Positions 1 to 12,478 are shown, numbered from the stretch's first letter. The stretch is 64,000 nt of DNA from Malacoraja senta (GCA_038087875.1 CM075985.1:25358001-25422000), one strand, 5' to 3'. Notes: generated from the letters alone by a model not told the origin. Made by a program: numbers and translations.

Positions 1-397
1 TTATCAAGGACCGAAATTATGAAAAGACATTGTGATTTTTCAAAGAAAGTTCTGAACTCCTTTATTGATCCATTTTGGAAAAATCATTGAGCACAAACAA
101 AACTGTTTAACAGCGTTGCCATGACCAAAAACTCCCGAAATAGTGGAAGAGGCGAAGGGAAGAGACCTTTTCTATAAAAGTGCCAGCCTCTATGCTATTT
201 TTAAAATTATTTAGGCAACCAGCACCAAAAGGCCACCTTAATATGGTAGAGGCTTCTATATTTTCGTGGTGAGAAACTACATTTTTTGAATAAAGGAATG
301 AACAAATATTCCTGAAGAGGGTGCTGTGTAGACCTTCACTAAACAAAGCACAGTCCTAAAGGAAAAGCTAACAAGATTGATAGATGATGTTACTAAC

Positions 398-439
398 CTG
401 ATGTAGTGCTGGTGGTGGTCTCAGTTGTTGGTGTCGTTT
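398..439 (-). CDS. MUC19: PTS micro-exon A, unit 1 (ETTPTTETTTSTTS)
   Basis: 42 nt, ttctttctttcactag acceptor, gttagt donor, phase 1-1. Confidence 0.85.
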
Positions 440-916
440 CTAGTGAAAGAAAGAATGCTGTATTCAAGTGGAGCAGCCAAGAGGAATTGGTACACGGTTA
501 TAAAGCCATCAACAGCAATTCATGAGCTGGCACATTTAATGAAAGTGTTTTAATATGTAGATTGGTTACTTCTTAATAATATATGCAAAGATAAACTGCT
601 CAGCAACAACAGACTGTGTCCCCCGCGGCCTCTCCACGGCGTTCAGCGCCCAGCTCGCCTATTTCACCACCTCAACTCGGTGGGTCTCCGGTGATGGCCC
701 CGGTCACTTCCCCGGTCACTTCCCTGTCATTTCACCAGTGAATTGAATAAAGCATGCGGCCATACTATACGGCTGCATTACTTTTTCCTTGTCAATCAGC
801 AGCTGAATATTTCAGGGCCATCATAAACAATTTCAATTTCTTAATGTACCAACTTCAGATTTTGTGGAAGCTCAGCAAGTATTCTAAGAACTACTGATCA
901 GAAATTTAGAACATAA

Positions 917-1052
917 GGAGCGGTAAAGTGCCACAGCTGGTGCAACTCCTACCTCACAGCACCAGAGAATTCAGATTGATTTGTTCCACAGGTGTTGTGT
1001 GCATGGAGATTACATGTACTCCTGTTGTGTGTGCCTTTCCTACAAGTGTCTG
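917..1052 (+). mobile_element. Degenerate tRNA-derived V-SINE/HE1-like 5' head, repeated beside every B, D and E exon (also ~2084-2215, ~2580-2715 and later units)
   Basis: cctcacagcaccagaga...gtgtgcatggagattacatgtactcctg aligns by eye with the SINE at 51973. Confidence 0.7.
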
Positions 1053-1070
1053 AAATATATTGTCACTAAC

Positions 1071-1121
1071 CTGATGTAGTACTGGTTGTGGTCTCAGTTG
1101 TTGATGTAGTTGTTGGTGTTT
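1071..1121 (-). CDS. MUC19: PTS micro-exon B, unit 1 (ETPTTTSTTETTTSTTS)
   Basis: 51 nt (54 nt to 1124 with CAG), gttagt donor, phase 1-1. Confidence 0.85.
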
Positions 1122-1811
1122 CTACTGAAAGAAAATAATGCAATATTCAACCAAGGCAGCCAAGAGGAATTGGTATACACCTAACAATTGGTAGTCAGGA
1201 AAACATCAGCAGGAATTCATATGCTGGCACACTTTATTAAAATGTTTAACAGATGGCATTTTTGTTCTTCGTAGAATAAAATGGCAGGCCAAATTATATC
1301 TGATCAATCAGCAGCTGAATATTTCTGTGCCATCACAAATAAACCTGTTCTCTCTATATACCAGTTGCAGATTTCCTGGAAGATCAACCGTCTTCCAAAT
1401 ACCGCAAGGTCTACTTAATACCATATTTTCTAATACCATTATTCGTTGATCCATTTTTGAAAAATCTTTGAGCTGAAACAAAACTGTTTAACAGCGTTGC
1501 CATGACCAAAAACTCCCGGAATAGTGGAAGAGGCGAAGGGAAGAGACCTTTTCTATAAAAGTGAAAATCCTTATCCATATCTACTGTAAGGTGCCAGACT
1601 CAATTCACTTTTTAAATTATTATTGCAGGCAATCAGCACCAAAAGGCCTCCTTAATTCGGTAGTTGTTTCTATATTTTCTTGGTGAGAAACTACATTTTT
1701 GGAATAAAGCAATGAACAAATATTCCTGAAGAGGGTGCTATATAGAGCTTCACTAAACAAAGCACAGTCCTAAAGGAAAAGCTAACAAGATTGATAGATG
1801 ATGTTACTAAC

Positions 1812-1853
1812 CTGATGTAATGCTGGTGGTGGTCTCTGTTGTTGGTGTCGTTT
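1812..1853 (-). CDS. MUC19: PTS micro-exon C, unit 1 (ETTPTTETTTSITS)
   Basis: 42 nt, tag/gttagt, phase 1-1. Confidence 0.85.
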
Positions 1854-2233
1854 CTAGTGAAAAAAAAGAATGCTGTATTCAAGTGGGGCAGCCAAGAGGA
1901 ATTGGTACGCAGTTATAAAGCCATCAACAGGAATTCATGAGCTGGCATATTTTATGAAAACGTTTTACTAGTTGTCACTTTCTTCATCAGTCAATAAAGC
2001 ATGCGGCCATACTATATGGCTGCATTGATTTTTCCTCGTCTTTCAGAAATTGCAGCTGATCAGGCATTTAGTAAGATTGAGTTGGCACAGATGTGCAGCT
2101 GGTAGAGCTGCAGCCTCATAGTGTTAGAGATTTGTATTCTATCCTGACCTCGGTTGCTGTCTATGCTGGGATTGCACGTTCCCCTTTTCACTGCCTGTGA
2201 TCCCCCAAGTTTTTAACAGAGGATAATACTGAC

Positions 2234-2272
2234 CTGATGTTGTGGTGGTCCCAGATGTTGATGTAGTTGTTT
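2234..2272 (-). CDS. MUC19: PTS micro-exon D, unit 1 (ETTTSTSGTTTTS)
   Basis: 39 nt, tag/gtcagt, phase 1-1. Confidence 0.85.
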
Positions 2273-2733
2273 CTAGTGAAATAAAAAAATGTTATGTTCC
2301 ACTGAGACAAAGAAGAGGAATTGTTATGCAGTTTAGAATCCTTCAACAGGAATTTATCAACTGGCACCTTTTAATAAAACATTTTACACTTGATATTTCC
2401 TTATCAGTGATAAAGCGTGCGGCCATACAATGCGGCTGCATTACTTTTTCCTTGTCAATCAGCAGCTGAATATGTCAGGGCCATCACAAACAATTTCAAT
2501 TTCTTAATGTACCAACTTCCGATTTTGTGGAAGCTCAGCAAGTATTACAAGAACTACTGATCAGAAATTTAGAACATAAGGAGCGGTAAAGTGCCACAGC
2601 TGGTGCAACTCCTACCTTACAGCACCAGAGACTTCAGATTGATTTGTTCCATGGGTGTTGTGTGCATGGAGATTACATGTACTCCTGTTGTGTGTGCCTT
2701 TCCTACAAGTGTCAGAAATATATTGTCACTAAC

Positions 2734-2784
2734 CTGATGTAGTACTGGTAGTGGTCTCAGTTGATGATGTAGTTGTTGGTGTTT
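2734..2784 (-). CDS. MUC19: PTS micro-exon E, unit 1 (ETPTTTSSTETTTSTTS)
   Basis: 51 nt, tag/gttagt, phase 1-1. Confidence 0.85.
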
Positions 2785-3464
2785 CTAGTGAAAGAAAATA
2801 ATGGAATATTCAACCAAGACAGCCAAGAGGAATTGGTATACAGCTAACTATTGGTAGTCAGGAAACCATCAGCAGGAATTCATATGCTGGCACACTTTAT
2901 TAAAATGTTTAACAGATGGCATTTTTGTTCTTCATAGAATAAAATTGTAGGGCAAAACATACTTTTGATCAATCAGCAGCTGAATATTTCTGTGCCATCA
3001 CAAATAATCCTGTGCTATCTATACACCAGTTGCAGATTTCCTGGAAGATCAACCGTCTTCCAAAGACCGCAAGGTCTACTTAATACCATAATTTCTAATA
3101 GTATGGAATGTGTGTACTATGGGTAAGCATGTCTGTTCATATGTCCCATTGATACATGATTCTCAACTTGCATAAAATGTGTTCATATTAATCATGGTTT
3201 TGTTTTTTGCTACGGAATGTCCGAAGAAATAGAGAAGCAGAAAACACCAACACATATCCTCCACAAATCTGAACTATTTTGAAATTGTGTCATAATTTGG
3301 TACAATTGTTATGAGCCAAACATTGACATCTTAACGTGTATATTTGCACAATTTATGCCAATAATGTAAGCAAAGATGCAAGAAGTAAGTCACAGAGCTG
3401 ATGTTAGAAATGTTGTTTCATTGTCTTTGATTTGCCAATGTTTATGGAAAGTGGTTTGACTCAC

Positions 3465-3527
3465 CTGTTGTGGAACTGGAGGTGGACTCAGTTGTACCAG
3501 TTGTCAAAGATGTTGTTGGTGTTGTTC
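3465..3527 (-). CDS. MUC19: PTS micro-exon F, unit 1 (GTTPTTSLTTGTTESTSSSTT)
   Basis: 63 nt, aag/gtgagt, phase 1-1. Confidence 0.85.
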
Positions 3528-4120
3528 CTTGAGAGCAAATAGAAAAGTATTTACAAATTGAATTGCAAGAGTCACCAATCAATTTCAGTACGATACTGCA
3601 CATTTTCCTGAGACTGGGCTGAATTTTAACAATGTTCATTGTTCGTGCCTAAGCAAAGGACATTTAGAAGTTAACCAAATTTTGCTTCGTCATTTATCAA
3701 GGACCGAAATAATGAAAAGACATTGTGATTTTTCAAAGAAAGTTCTGAACTCCTTTATTGATCCATTTTGGAAAAATCATTGAGCAGAAACAAAACTGTT
3801 TAACAGCGTTGCCATGACCAAAAACTCCCGGTATAGTGGAAGAGGCGAAGGGAAGAGACCTTTTCTATAAAAGTGAAAATCCTTATCCATGTCAACTGAA
3901 ACGTGTCAGCCTCAATGCTCTTTTTAAAATTATTTAGGCAACCAGCACCAAAAGGCCACCTTAATATGGTAGAGGCTTCTATATTTTCCTGGTGAGAAAC
4001 TACATTTTTTGAATAAAGGAATGAACAAATATTCCTGAAGAGGGTGCTGTGTAGAAGTTCACTAAACAAAGCACAGTCCTAAAGGAAAAGCTAACAAGAT
4101 TGATAGATGATGTTACTAAC

Positions 4121-4162
4121 CTGATGTAGTGCTGGTGGTGGTCTCAGTTGCTGGTGTCGTTT
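4121..4162 (-). CDS. MUC19: PTS micro-exon A, unit 2 (variant ETTPATETTTSTTS)
   Basis: 42 nt, tag/gttagt. Confidence 0.85.
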
Positions 4163-4793
4163 CTAGTGAAAGAAAGAATGCTGTATTCAAGTGGAGCAGC
4201 CAAGAGGAATTGGTACACAGTTATAAAGCCATCAACAGCAATTCATGAGCTGGCACATTTTATGAAAGTGTTTTAATATGTAGATTGGTTACTTCTTAAT
4301 AATATATGCAAAGATAAACTGCTCAGCACCAACAGACTGTGTCCCCCGCGGCCTCTCCACGGCGTTTAGCGCCCAGCTCGCCTATTTCACCACCTCAACT
4401 CGGTGGGTCTCCGGTGATGGCCCCGGTCACTTCCCCGGTCACTTCCCCGTCATTTCACCAGTGAATTGTATAAAGCATGCGGCCATACTATACGGCTGCA
4501 TTACTTTTTCCTTGTCAATCAGCAGCTGAATATTTCAGGGCCATCATAAACAATTTCAATTTCTTAATGTACCAACTTCAGATTTTGTGGAAGCTCAGCA
4601 AGTATTCTAAGAACTACTGATCAGAAATTTAGAACATAAGGAGCGGTAAAGTGCCACAGCTGGTGCAACTCCTACCTCACAGCACCAGAGAATTCAGATT
4701 GATTTTTTCTACAGGTGTTGTGTGCATGGAGATTACATGTACTCCTGTTGTGTGTGCCTTTCCTACAAGTGTCAGAAATATATTGTCACTAAC

Positions 4794-4847
4794 CTGATGT
4801 AGTACTGGTTGTGGTCTCAGTTGTTGATGTAGTTGTTGGTGTTTCTT
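4794..4847 (-). CDS. MUC19: PTS micro-exon B, unit 2 (CAGAAG tandem acceptor; 54 or 51 nt)
   Basis: gttagt donor; acceptor boundary at 4847 (CAG) or 4844 (AAG). Confidence 0.82.
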
Positions 4848-5534
4848 CTGAAAGAAAATAATGCAATATTCAACCAAGGCAGCTAAGAGGAATTGGTATA
4901 CACCTAACTATTGGTAGTCAGGAAACCATCAGCAGGAATTCATATGCTGGCACACTTTAGTAAAATGTTTAACATATGGCATTTTTGTTCTTCCTAGAAT
5001 AAAATGGCAGGCCAAATTATATCTGATCAATCAGCAGCTGAATATTTCTGTGCCATCACAAATAAACCTGTTCTCTCTATATACCAGTTGCAGATTTCCT
5101 GGAAGATCAACCGTCTTCCAAATACCACAAGGTCTACTTAATACCATATTTTCTAATACCATTATTCGTTGATCCATTTTTGAAGAATCTTTGAGCTGAA
5201 ACAAAACTGTTTAACAGCGTTGACATGACCAAAAACTCCCGGAATAGTGGCAGAGGCGAAGGGAAGAGACCTTTTCTATAAAAGTGAAAATCCATATCCA
5301 TATCTACTGTAAGGTGCCAGACTGAATTTACTTTTTAAATTATTATTGCAGGCAATCAGCACCAAAAGGCCTCCTTAATTCGGTAGTTGTTTCTATATTT
5401 TCTTGGTGAGAAACTACATTTTTGGAATAAAGCAATGAACAAATATTCCTGACGAGGGTGCTATATAGAGCTTCACTAAACAAAGCACAGTCCTAAAGGA
5501 AAAGCTAACAAGATTGATAGATGATGTTACTAAC

Positions 5535-5576
5535 CTGATGTAATGCTGGGGATGGTCTCTGTTGTTGGTGTCGTTT
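5535..5576 (-). CDS. MUC19: PTS micro-exon C, unit 2 (variant ETTPTTETIPSITS)
   Basis: 42 nt, tag/gttagt. Confidence 0.85.
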
Positions 5577-5956
5577 CTAGTGAAAAAAAAGAATGCTGTA
5601 TTCAAGTGGGGCAGCCAAGAGGAATTGGTACGCAGTTATAAAGCCATCAACAGGAATTCATGAACTGGCATATTTTATGAAAACGTTTTACTAGTTGTCA
5701 CTTTCTTCATCAGTCAATAAAGCATGTGGCCATAATATATGGCGGCATTGATTTTTCCTCGTCTTTCAGAAATTGCAGGTGATCAGGCATTTAGTAAGAT
5801 TGAGTTGGCACAGATGTGCAGCTGGTAGAGCTGCAGCCTCATAGTGTTAGAGATTTGTATTCTATCCTGACCTCGGTTGCTGTCTATGCTGGGATTGCAC
5901 GTTCTCCTTTTCACTGCCTGTGATGCCCCAAGTTTTTAACAGAGGATGATACTGAC

Positions 5957-5995
5957 CTGATGTTGTGGTGGTCCCAGATGTTGATGTAGTTGTTT
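5957..5995 (-). CDS. MUC19: PTS micro-exon D, unit 2
   Basis: 39 nt, tag/gtcagt. Confidence 0.85.
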
Positions 5996-6442
5996 CTAGT
6001 GAAATAAAAAAAATGTTATGTTCCACTGAGACAAACAAGAGGAATTGTTATGCAGTTTAGAATCCTTCAACAGGAATTTATCAACTGGCACCTTTTAATA
6101 AAACATTTTACACTTGATATTTCCTTATCAGTGAATAAAGCGTGCGGCCATTACTTTTTCCTTGTCAATCAGCAGCTGAATATGTCAGGGCATCACAAAC
6201 AATTTCAATTTCTTAATGTACCAACTTCAGATTTTTTGGAAGCTCAGCAAGTATTCCAAGAACTACTGATCAGAAATTTAGAATATAAGGAGCGGTAAAG
6301 TGCCACAGCTGGTGCAACTCCTACCTCACAGCACCAGAGACTTCAGATTGATTTGTTCCATGGGTGTTGTGTGCATGGAGATTAAATGTACTCCTGTTAT
6401 GTGTGCCTTTCCTACAAGTGTCAGAAATATATTGTCACTAAC

Positions 6443-6493
6443 CTGATGTAGTACTGGTAGTGGTCTCAGTTGATGATGTAGTTGTTGGTGTTT
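6443..6493 (-). CDS. MUC19: PTS micro-exon E, unit 2
   Basis: 51 nt, tag/gttagt. Confidence 0.85.
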
Positions 6494-7173
6494 CTAGTGA
6501 AAGAAAATAATGCAATATTCAACCAAGACAGCCAAGAGGAATTGGTATACAGCTAACTATTGGTAGTCAGGAAACCATCAGCAGGAATTCATATGCTGGC
6601 ACACTTTATTAAAATGTTTAACAGAAGGCATTTTTGTTCTTCATAGAATAAAATTGTAGGGCAAAACATACTTTTGATCAATCAGCAGCTGAATATTTCT
6701 GTGCCATCACAAATAATCCTGTGCTATCTGTACACCAGTTGCGGATTTCCTGGAAGATCAACCGTCTTCCAAAGACCGCAAGGTCTACTTAATACCATAA
6801 TTTCTAATAGTATGGAATGTGTGTACTATGGGTAAGCATGTCTGTTCATATGTCCCATTGATACATGATTCTCAACTTGCATAAAATGTGTTCATATTAA
6901 TCATGGTTTTGTTTTTTGCTACGGAATGTCCGAAGAAATAGAGAAGCAGAAAACACCAACACATATCCTCCACAAATCTGAACTATTTTGAAATTGTGTC
7001 ATAATTTGGTCCAATTGTTATGGGTCAAACATTGACATCTTAACGTGTATATTTGCACAATTTATGCCAATAATGTGAGCAAAGATGCAAGAAGTAAGTC
7101 ACAGAGCTGATGTTAGAAATGTTGTTTCATTGTCTTTGATTTGCCAATGTTTATGGAAAGTGGTTTGACTCAC

Positions 7174-7236
7174 CTGTTGTGGAACTGGAGGTGGACTCAG
7201 TTGTACCAGTTGTCAAAGATGTTGTTGGTGTTGTTC
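7174..7236 (-). CDS. MUC19: PTS micro-exon F, unit 2
   Basis: 63 nt, aag/gtgagt. Confidence 0.85.
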
Positions 7237-7829
7237 CTTGAGAGCAAATAGAAAAGCATTTACAAATTGAATTGCAAGAGTCACCAATCAATTTCAGTAC
7301 GATACTGCACATTTTCCTGAGACTGGGCTGAATTTTAACAATGTTCATTGTTCGTGCCTAAGCAAAGGACATTTAGAAGTTAACCAAATATTGCTTCGTC
7401 ATTTATCAAGGACCGAAATTATGAAAAGATATTGTGATTTTTCAAAGAAAGTTCTGAACACCTTTATTGAACCATTTTGGAAAAATCATTGAGCAGAAAC
7501 AAAACTGTTTAACAGCGTTGCCATGACCAAAAAATCCCAGAATAGTGGAAGAGGCGAAGGGAAGAGACCTTTTCTATAAAAGTGAAAATCCTTATCCATG
7601 TCAACTGAAAAGTGCCAGCCTCAATGCTCTTTTTAGAATTATTTAGGCAACCAGCACCAAAAGGCCACCTTAATATGGTAGAGGCTTCTATATTTTCGTG
7701 GTGAGAAACTACATTTTTTTAATAAAGCAATGAACAAATATTCCTGAAGAGGGTGCTGTGTAGAACTTCAATAAACAAAGCACAGTCCTAACGGAAAAGC
7801 TAACAAGATTGATAGATGATGTTACTAAC

Positions 7830-7871
7830 CTGATGTAGTGCTGGTGGTGGTCTCAGTTGTTGGTGTCGTTT
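7830..7871 (-). CDS. MUC19: PTS micro-exon A, unit 3
   Basis: 42 nt, tag/gttagt. Confidence 0.85.
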
Positions 7872-8502
7872 CTAGTGAAAGAAAGAATGCTGTATTCAAG
7901 TGGAGCAGCCAAGAGGAATTGGTACACAGTTATAAAGCCATCAACAGCAATTCATGAGCTGGCACATTTTATGAAAGTGTTTTAATATGTAGATTGGTTA
8001 CTTCTTAATAATATATGCAAAGATAAACTGCTCAGCAACAACAGATTGTGTCCCCCGCGGCCTCTCCACGGCGTTCAGCGCCCAGCTCGCCTATTTCACC
8101 ACCTCAACTCGGTGGGTCTCTGGAGATGGCCCCGGTCACTTCCCCGGTCACTTCCCCGTCGTTTCACCAGTGAATTGAATAAAGCATGCGGCCATACTAT
8201 ACGGCTGCATTACTTTTTCCTTGTCAATCAGCAGCTGAATATTTCAGGGCCATCATAAACAATTTCAATTTCTTAATGTACCAACTTCACATTTTGTGGA
8301 AGCTCAGTAAGTATTCTAAGAACTACTGATCAGAAATTTAGAACATAAGGAGCGGTAAAGTGCCACAGCTGGTGCAACTCCAACCTCACAGCACCAGAGA
8401 ATTCAGATTGATTTGTTCCACAGGTGTTGTGTGCATGGAGATTACATGTACTCCTGTTGTGTGTGCCTTTCCTACAAGTGTCTGAAATATATTGTCACTA
8501 AC

Positions 8503-8553
8503 CTGCTGTAGTACTGGTTGTGGTCTCAGTTGTTGATGTAGTTGTTGGTGTTT
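8503..8553 (-). CDS. MUC19: PTS micro-exon B, unit 3 (last Ser changed to Ala)
   Basis: 51/54 nt, cagtag/gttagt. Confidence 0.85.
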
Positions 8554-9243
8554 CTACTGAAAGAAAATAATGCAATATTCAACCAAGGCAGCCAAGAGGA
8601 ATTGGTATACACCTAACTATTGGTAGTCAGGAAACCATCAGCAGGAATTCATATGCTGGCACACTTTATTAAAATGCTTAACAGATGGCATTTTTGTTCT
8701 TCGTAGAATAAAATGGCAGGCCAAATTATATCTGATCAATCAGCAGCTGAATATTTCTGTGCCATCACAAATAAACCTGTTCTCTCTATATACCAGTTGC
8801 AGATTTCCTGGAAGATCAACCGTCTTCCAAATACCGCAAGGTCTACTTAATACCATATTTTCTAATACCATTATTCGTTGATCCTTTTTTGAAAAATCTT
8901 TGAGCTGAAACAAAACTGTTTAACACCGTTGCCATGACCAAAAACTCCCGGAATAGTGGAAGAGGCGAAGGGAAGAGACCTTTTCTATAAAAGTGAAAAT
9001 CCTTATCCATATCTACTGTAAGGTGCCAGACTCAATTCACTTTTTAAATTATTATTGCAGGCAATCAGCACCAAAAGGCCTCCTTAATTCGGTAGTTGTT
9101 TCTATATTTTCTTGGTGAGAAACTACATTTTTGGAATAAAGCAATGAACAAATATTCCTGAAGAGGGTGCTATATAGAGCTTCACTAAACAAAGCACAGT
9201 CCTAAAGGAAAAGCTAACAAGATTGATAGATGATGTTACTAAC

Positions 9244-9285
9244 CTGATGTAATGCTGGTGGTGGTCTCTGTTGTTGGTGTCGTTT
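9244..9285 (-). CDS. MUC19: PTS micro-exon C, unit 3
   Basis: 42 nt, tag/gttagt. Confidence 0.85.
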
Positions 9286-9665
9286 CTAGTGAAAAAAAAG
9301 AATGCTGTATTCAAGTGGGGCAGCCAAGAGGAATTGATACGCAGTTATAAAGCCATCAACAGGAATTCATGAGCTGGCATATTTTATGAAAACGTTTTAC
9401 TAGTTGTCACTTTCTTCATCAGTCAATAAAGCATGCGGCCATACTCTATGGCTGCATTGATTTTTCCTCGTCTTTCAGAAATTGCAGCTGATCAGGCATT
9501 TAGTAAGATTGAGTTGGCACAGATGTGCAGCTGGCACAGCTGCAGCCTCATAGTGTTAGAGATTAGTATTCTATCCTGACCTCGGTTGCTGTCTATGCTG
9601 GGATTGCACGTTCTCCTTTTCACTGCCTGTGATCCCCCAAGTTTTTAACAGAGGATGATACTGAC

Positions 9666-9704
9666 CTGATGTTGTGGTGGTCCCAGATGTTGATGTAGTT
9701 GTTT
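9666..9704 (-). CDS. MUC19: PTS micro-exon D, unit 3
   Basis: 39 nt, tag/gtcagt. Confidence 0.85.
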
Positions 9705-10168
9705 CTAGTGAAATACAAAAAAATGTTATGTTCCACTGAGACAAACAAGAGGAATTGTTATGCAGTTTAGAATCCTTCAACAGGAATTTATCAACTGGCA
9801 CCTTTTAATAAAACATTTTACACTTGATATTTCCTTATCAGTGAATAAAGCGTGCGGCCATACAATGCGGCTGCATTACTTTTTCCTTGTCAATCAGCAG
9901 CTGAATATGTCAGTGCCATCACAAACAATTTCAATTTCTTAATGTACCAACTTCAGATTTTGTGGAAGCTCAGCAAGTATTCCAAGAACTACTGATCAGA
10001 AATTTATAACATAAGGAGCGGTAAAGTGCCACAGCTGGTGCAACTCCTACCTCACAGCACCAGAGACTTCAGATTGATTTGTTCCATGGGTGTTGTGTGC
10101 ATGGAGATTAAATGTACTCCTGTTATGTGTGCCTTTCCTACAAGTGTCAGAAATATATTGTCACTAAC

Positions 10169-10219
10169 CTGATGTAGTACTGGTAGTGGTCTCAGTTGAT
10201 GATGTAGTTGTTGGTGTTT
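10169..10219 (-). CDS. MUC19: PTS micro-exon E, unit 3
   Basis: 51 nt, tag/gttagt. Confidence 0.85.
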
Positions 10220-10899
10220 CTAGTGAAAGAAAATAATGCAATATTCAACCAAGACAGCCAAGAGGAATTGGTATACAGCTAACTATTGGTAGTCAGGAAA
10301 CCATCAGCAGGAATTCATATGCTGGCACACTTTATTAAAATGTTTAACAGATGGCATTTTTGTTCTTCATAGAATAAAATTGTAGGGCAAAACATACTTT
10401 TGATCAATCAGCAGCTGAATATTTCTGTGCCATCACAAATGATCCTGTGCTATCTATACACCAGTTGCGGATTTCCTGGAAGATGATCCGTCTTCCAAAG
10501 ACCGCAAGGTCTACTTAATACCATAATTTCTAATAGTATGGAATGTGTGTACTATGGGTAAGCATGTCTGTTCATATGTCCCATTGATACATGATTCTCA
10601 ACTTGCATAAAATGTGTTCATATTAATCATGGTTTTGTTTTTTGCTACGGAATGTCGGAAGAAATAGAGAAGCAGAAAACACCAACACATATCCTCCACA
10701 AATCTGAACTATTTTGAAATTGTGTCATAATTTGGTACAATTGTTATGTGCCAAACATTGACATCCTAACGTGTATATTTGCACAATTTATGCCAATAAC
10801 ATAAGCAAAGATGCATGAAGTAAGTCACAGAGCTGATGTTGGAAATGTTGCTTCATTGTCTTTGATTTGCCAGTGTTTATGGAAAGTGGTTTGACTCAC

Positions 10900-10962
10900 C
10901 TGTTGTGGAACTGGAGGTGGACTCAGTTGTACCAGTTGTCAAAGATGTTGTTGGTGTTGTTC
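10900..10962 (-). CDS. MUC19: PTS micro-exon F, unit 3
   Basis: 63 nt, aag/gtgagt. Confidence 0.85.
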
Positions 10963-11554
10963 CTTGAGAGCAAATCGAAAAGCATTTACAAATTGAATTG
11001 CAAGAGTCACCAATCAATTTCAGTACGATACTGCACATTTTCCTGAGACTGGGCTGAATTTTAACAATGTTCATTGTTCGTGCCTAAGCAAAGGACATTT
11101 AGAAGTTAACCAAATTTTGCTTCGTCATTTATCAAGGACCGAAATTATGAAAAGACAATGTGATTTTTCAAAGAAAGTTCTGAACTCCTTTATTGATCCA
11201 TTTTGGAAAAATCATTGAGCAGAAACAAAACTGTTTAACAGCGTTGCCATGACCAAAAACTCCTGGAATAGTGGAAGAGGCGAAGGGAAGAGACCTTTTC
11301 TATAAAAATGAAAATCCTTATCCATGTCAACTGAAAAGTGCCAGCCTCAATGCTCTTTTTAAATTATTGTAGGCAACCAGCACCAAAAGATCTCCTTAAT
11401 TTGGTAGTTGCTTTTATATTTTCGTGGTGAGAAACTACATTTTAGAATAAAGCAATGAACACATTTTCCTGAAGAGGGTGCTATATAGAGCTTCACTAAA
11501 CAAAGCACAGTCCTAAAGGAAAAGCTGACAAGATTGATTGATGATGTTACTAAC

Positions 11555-11596
11555 CTGCTGTAGTGCTGGTGGTGGTCTCAGTTGTTGGTGTTGTTT
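11555..11596 (-). CDS. MUC19: PTS micro-exon, A/C intermediate, short unit 4 (ETTPTTETTTSTTA)
   Basis: 42 nt, tag/gttagt. Confidence 0.85.
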
Positions 11597-11976
11597 CTAG
11601 TGAAAGAAAATATTGCTGTATTGAAGTGGGGCAGCCAATAGGAATTGGTACACAGTTATAAAGCCATCAACAGGAATTCATGAGCTGGCATATTTAATGA
11701 AAACGTTTTACTAGTTGTCACTTTCTTCATCAGTCAATAAAGCATGCGGCCATACTATATGGCTGCATTGATTTTTCCTCGTCTTTCAGAAATTGCAGGT
11801 GATCAGGCATTTAGTAAGATTGAATTGGAACAGATGTGCAGCTGGTAGAGCTGCAGCCTCATAGTGTTAGAGATTTGTATTCTATCCTGACCTCGGTTGC
11901 TGTCTATGCTGGGATTGCACATTCTCCTTTTCACTGCCTGTGATCCCCCAAGTTTCTAACAGAGGATGATACTGAC

Positions 11977-12015
11977 CTGATGTTGTGGTGGTCCCAGATG
12001 TTGATGTAGTTGTTT
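11977..12015 (-). CDS. MUC19: PTS micro-exon D, short unit 4
   Basis: 39 nt, tag/gtcagt. Confidence 0.85.
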
Positions 12016-12478
12016 CTAGTGAAATAAGAAAATGTTATGTTCCACTGACACAAACAAGAGGAATTGTTATGCAGTTTAGAATCCTTCAACAGGAATTTAT
12101 CAACTGGCACCTTTTAATAAAACATTTTACACTTGATATTTCCTTATCAGTGAATAAAGCGTGCGGCCATACAATGCGGCTGCATTACTTTTTCCTTGTC
12201 AATCAGCAGCTGAATATGTCAGGGCCATCACAAACAATTTCAATTTCTTAATGTACCAACTTCAGATTTTGTGGAAGCTCAGCAAGTATTCCAAGAACTA
12301 CTGATCAGGAATTTATAACATAAGGAGCGGTAAAGTGCCACAGCTGGTGCAACTCCTACCTCACAGCACCAGAGACTTCAGATTGATTTGTTCCATGGGT
12401 GTTGTGTGCATGGAGATTACATGTACTCCCTGTTATGTGTGCCTTTCGTACAAGTATCAAAAATATATTGTCACTAAC

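Noticed and set aside
392-400. Cassette-terminal CAG|GT as recursive splice sites
   Set aside because: It matches the ordinary donor consensus, and the preceding exon is A/C-rich with no pyrimidine tract.
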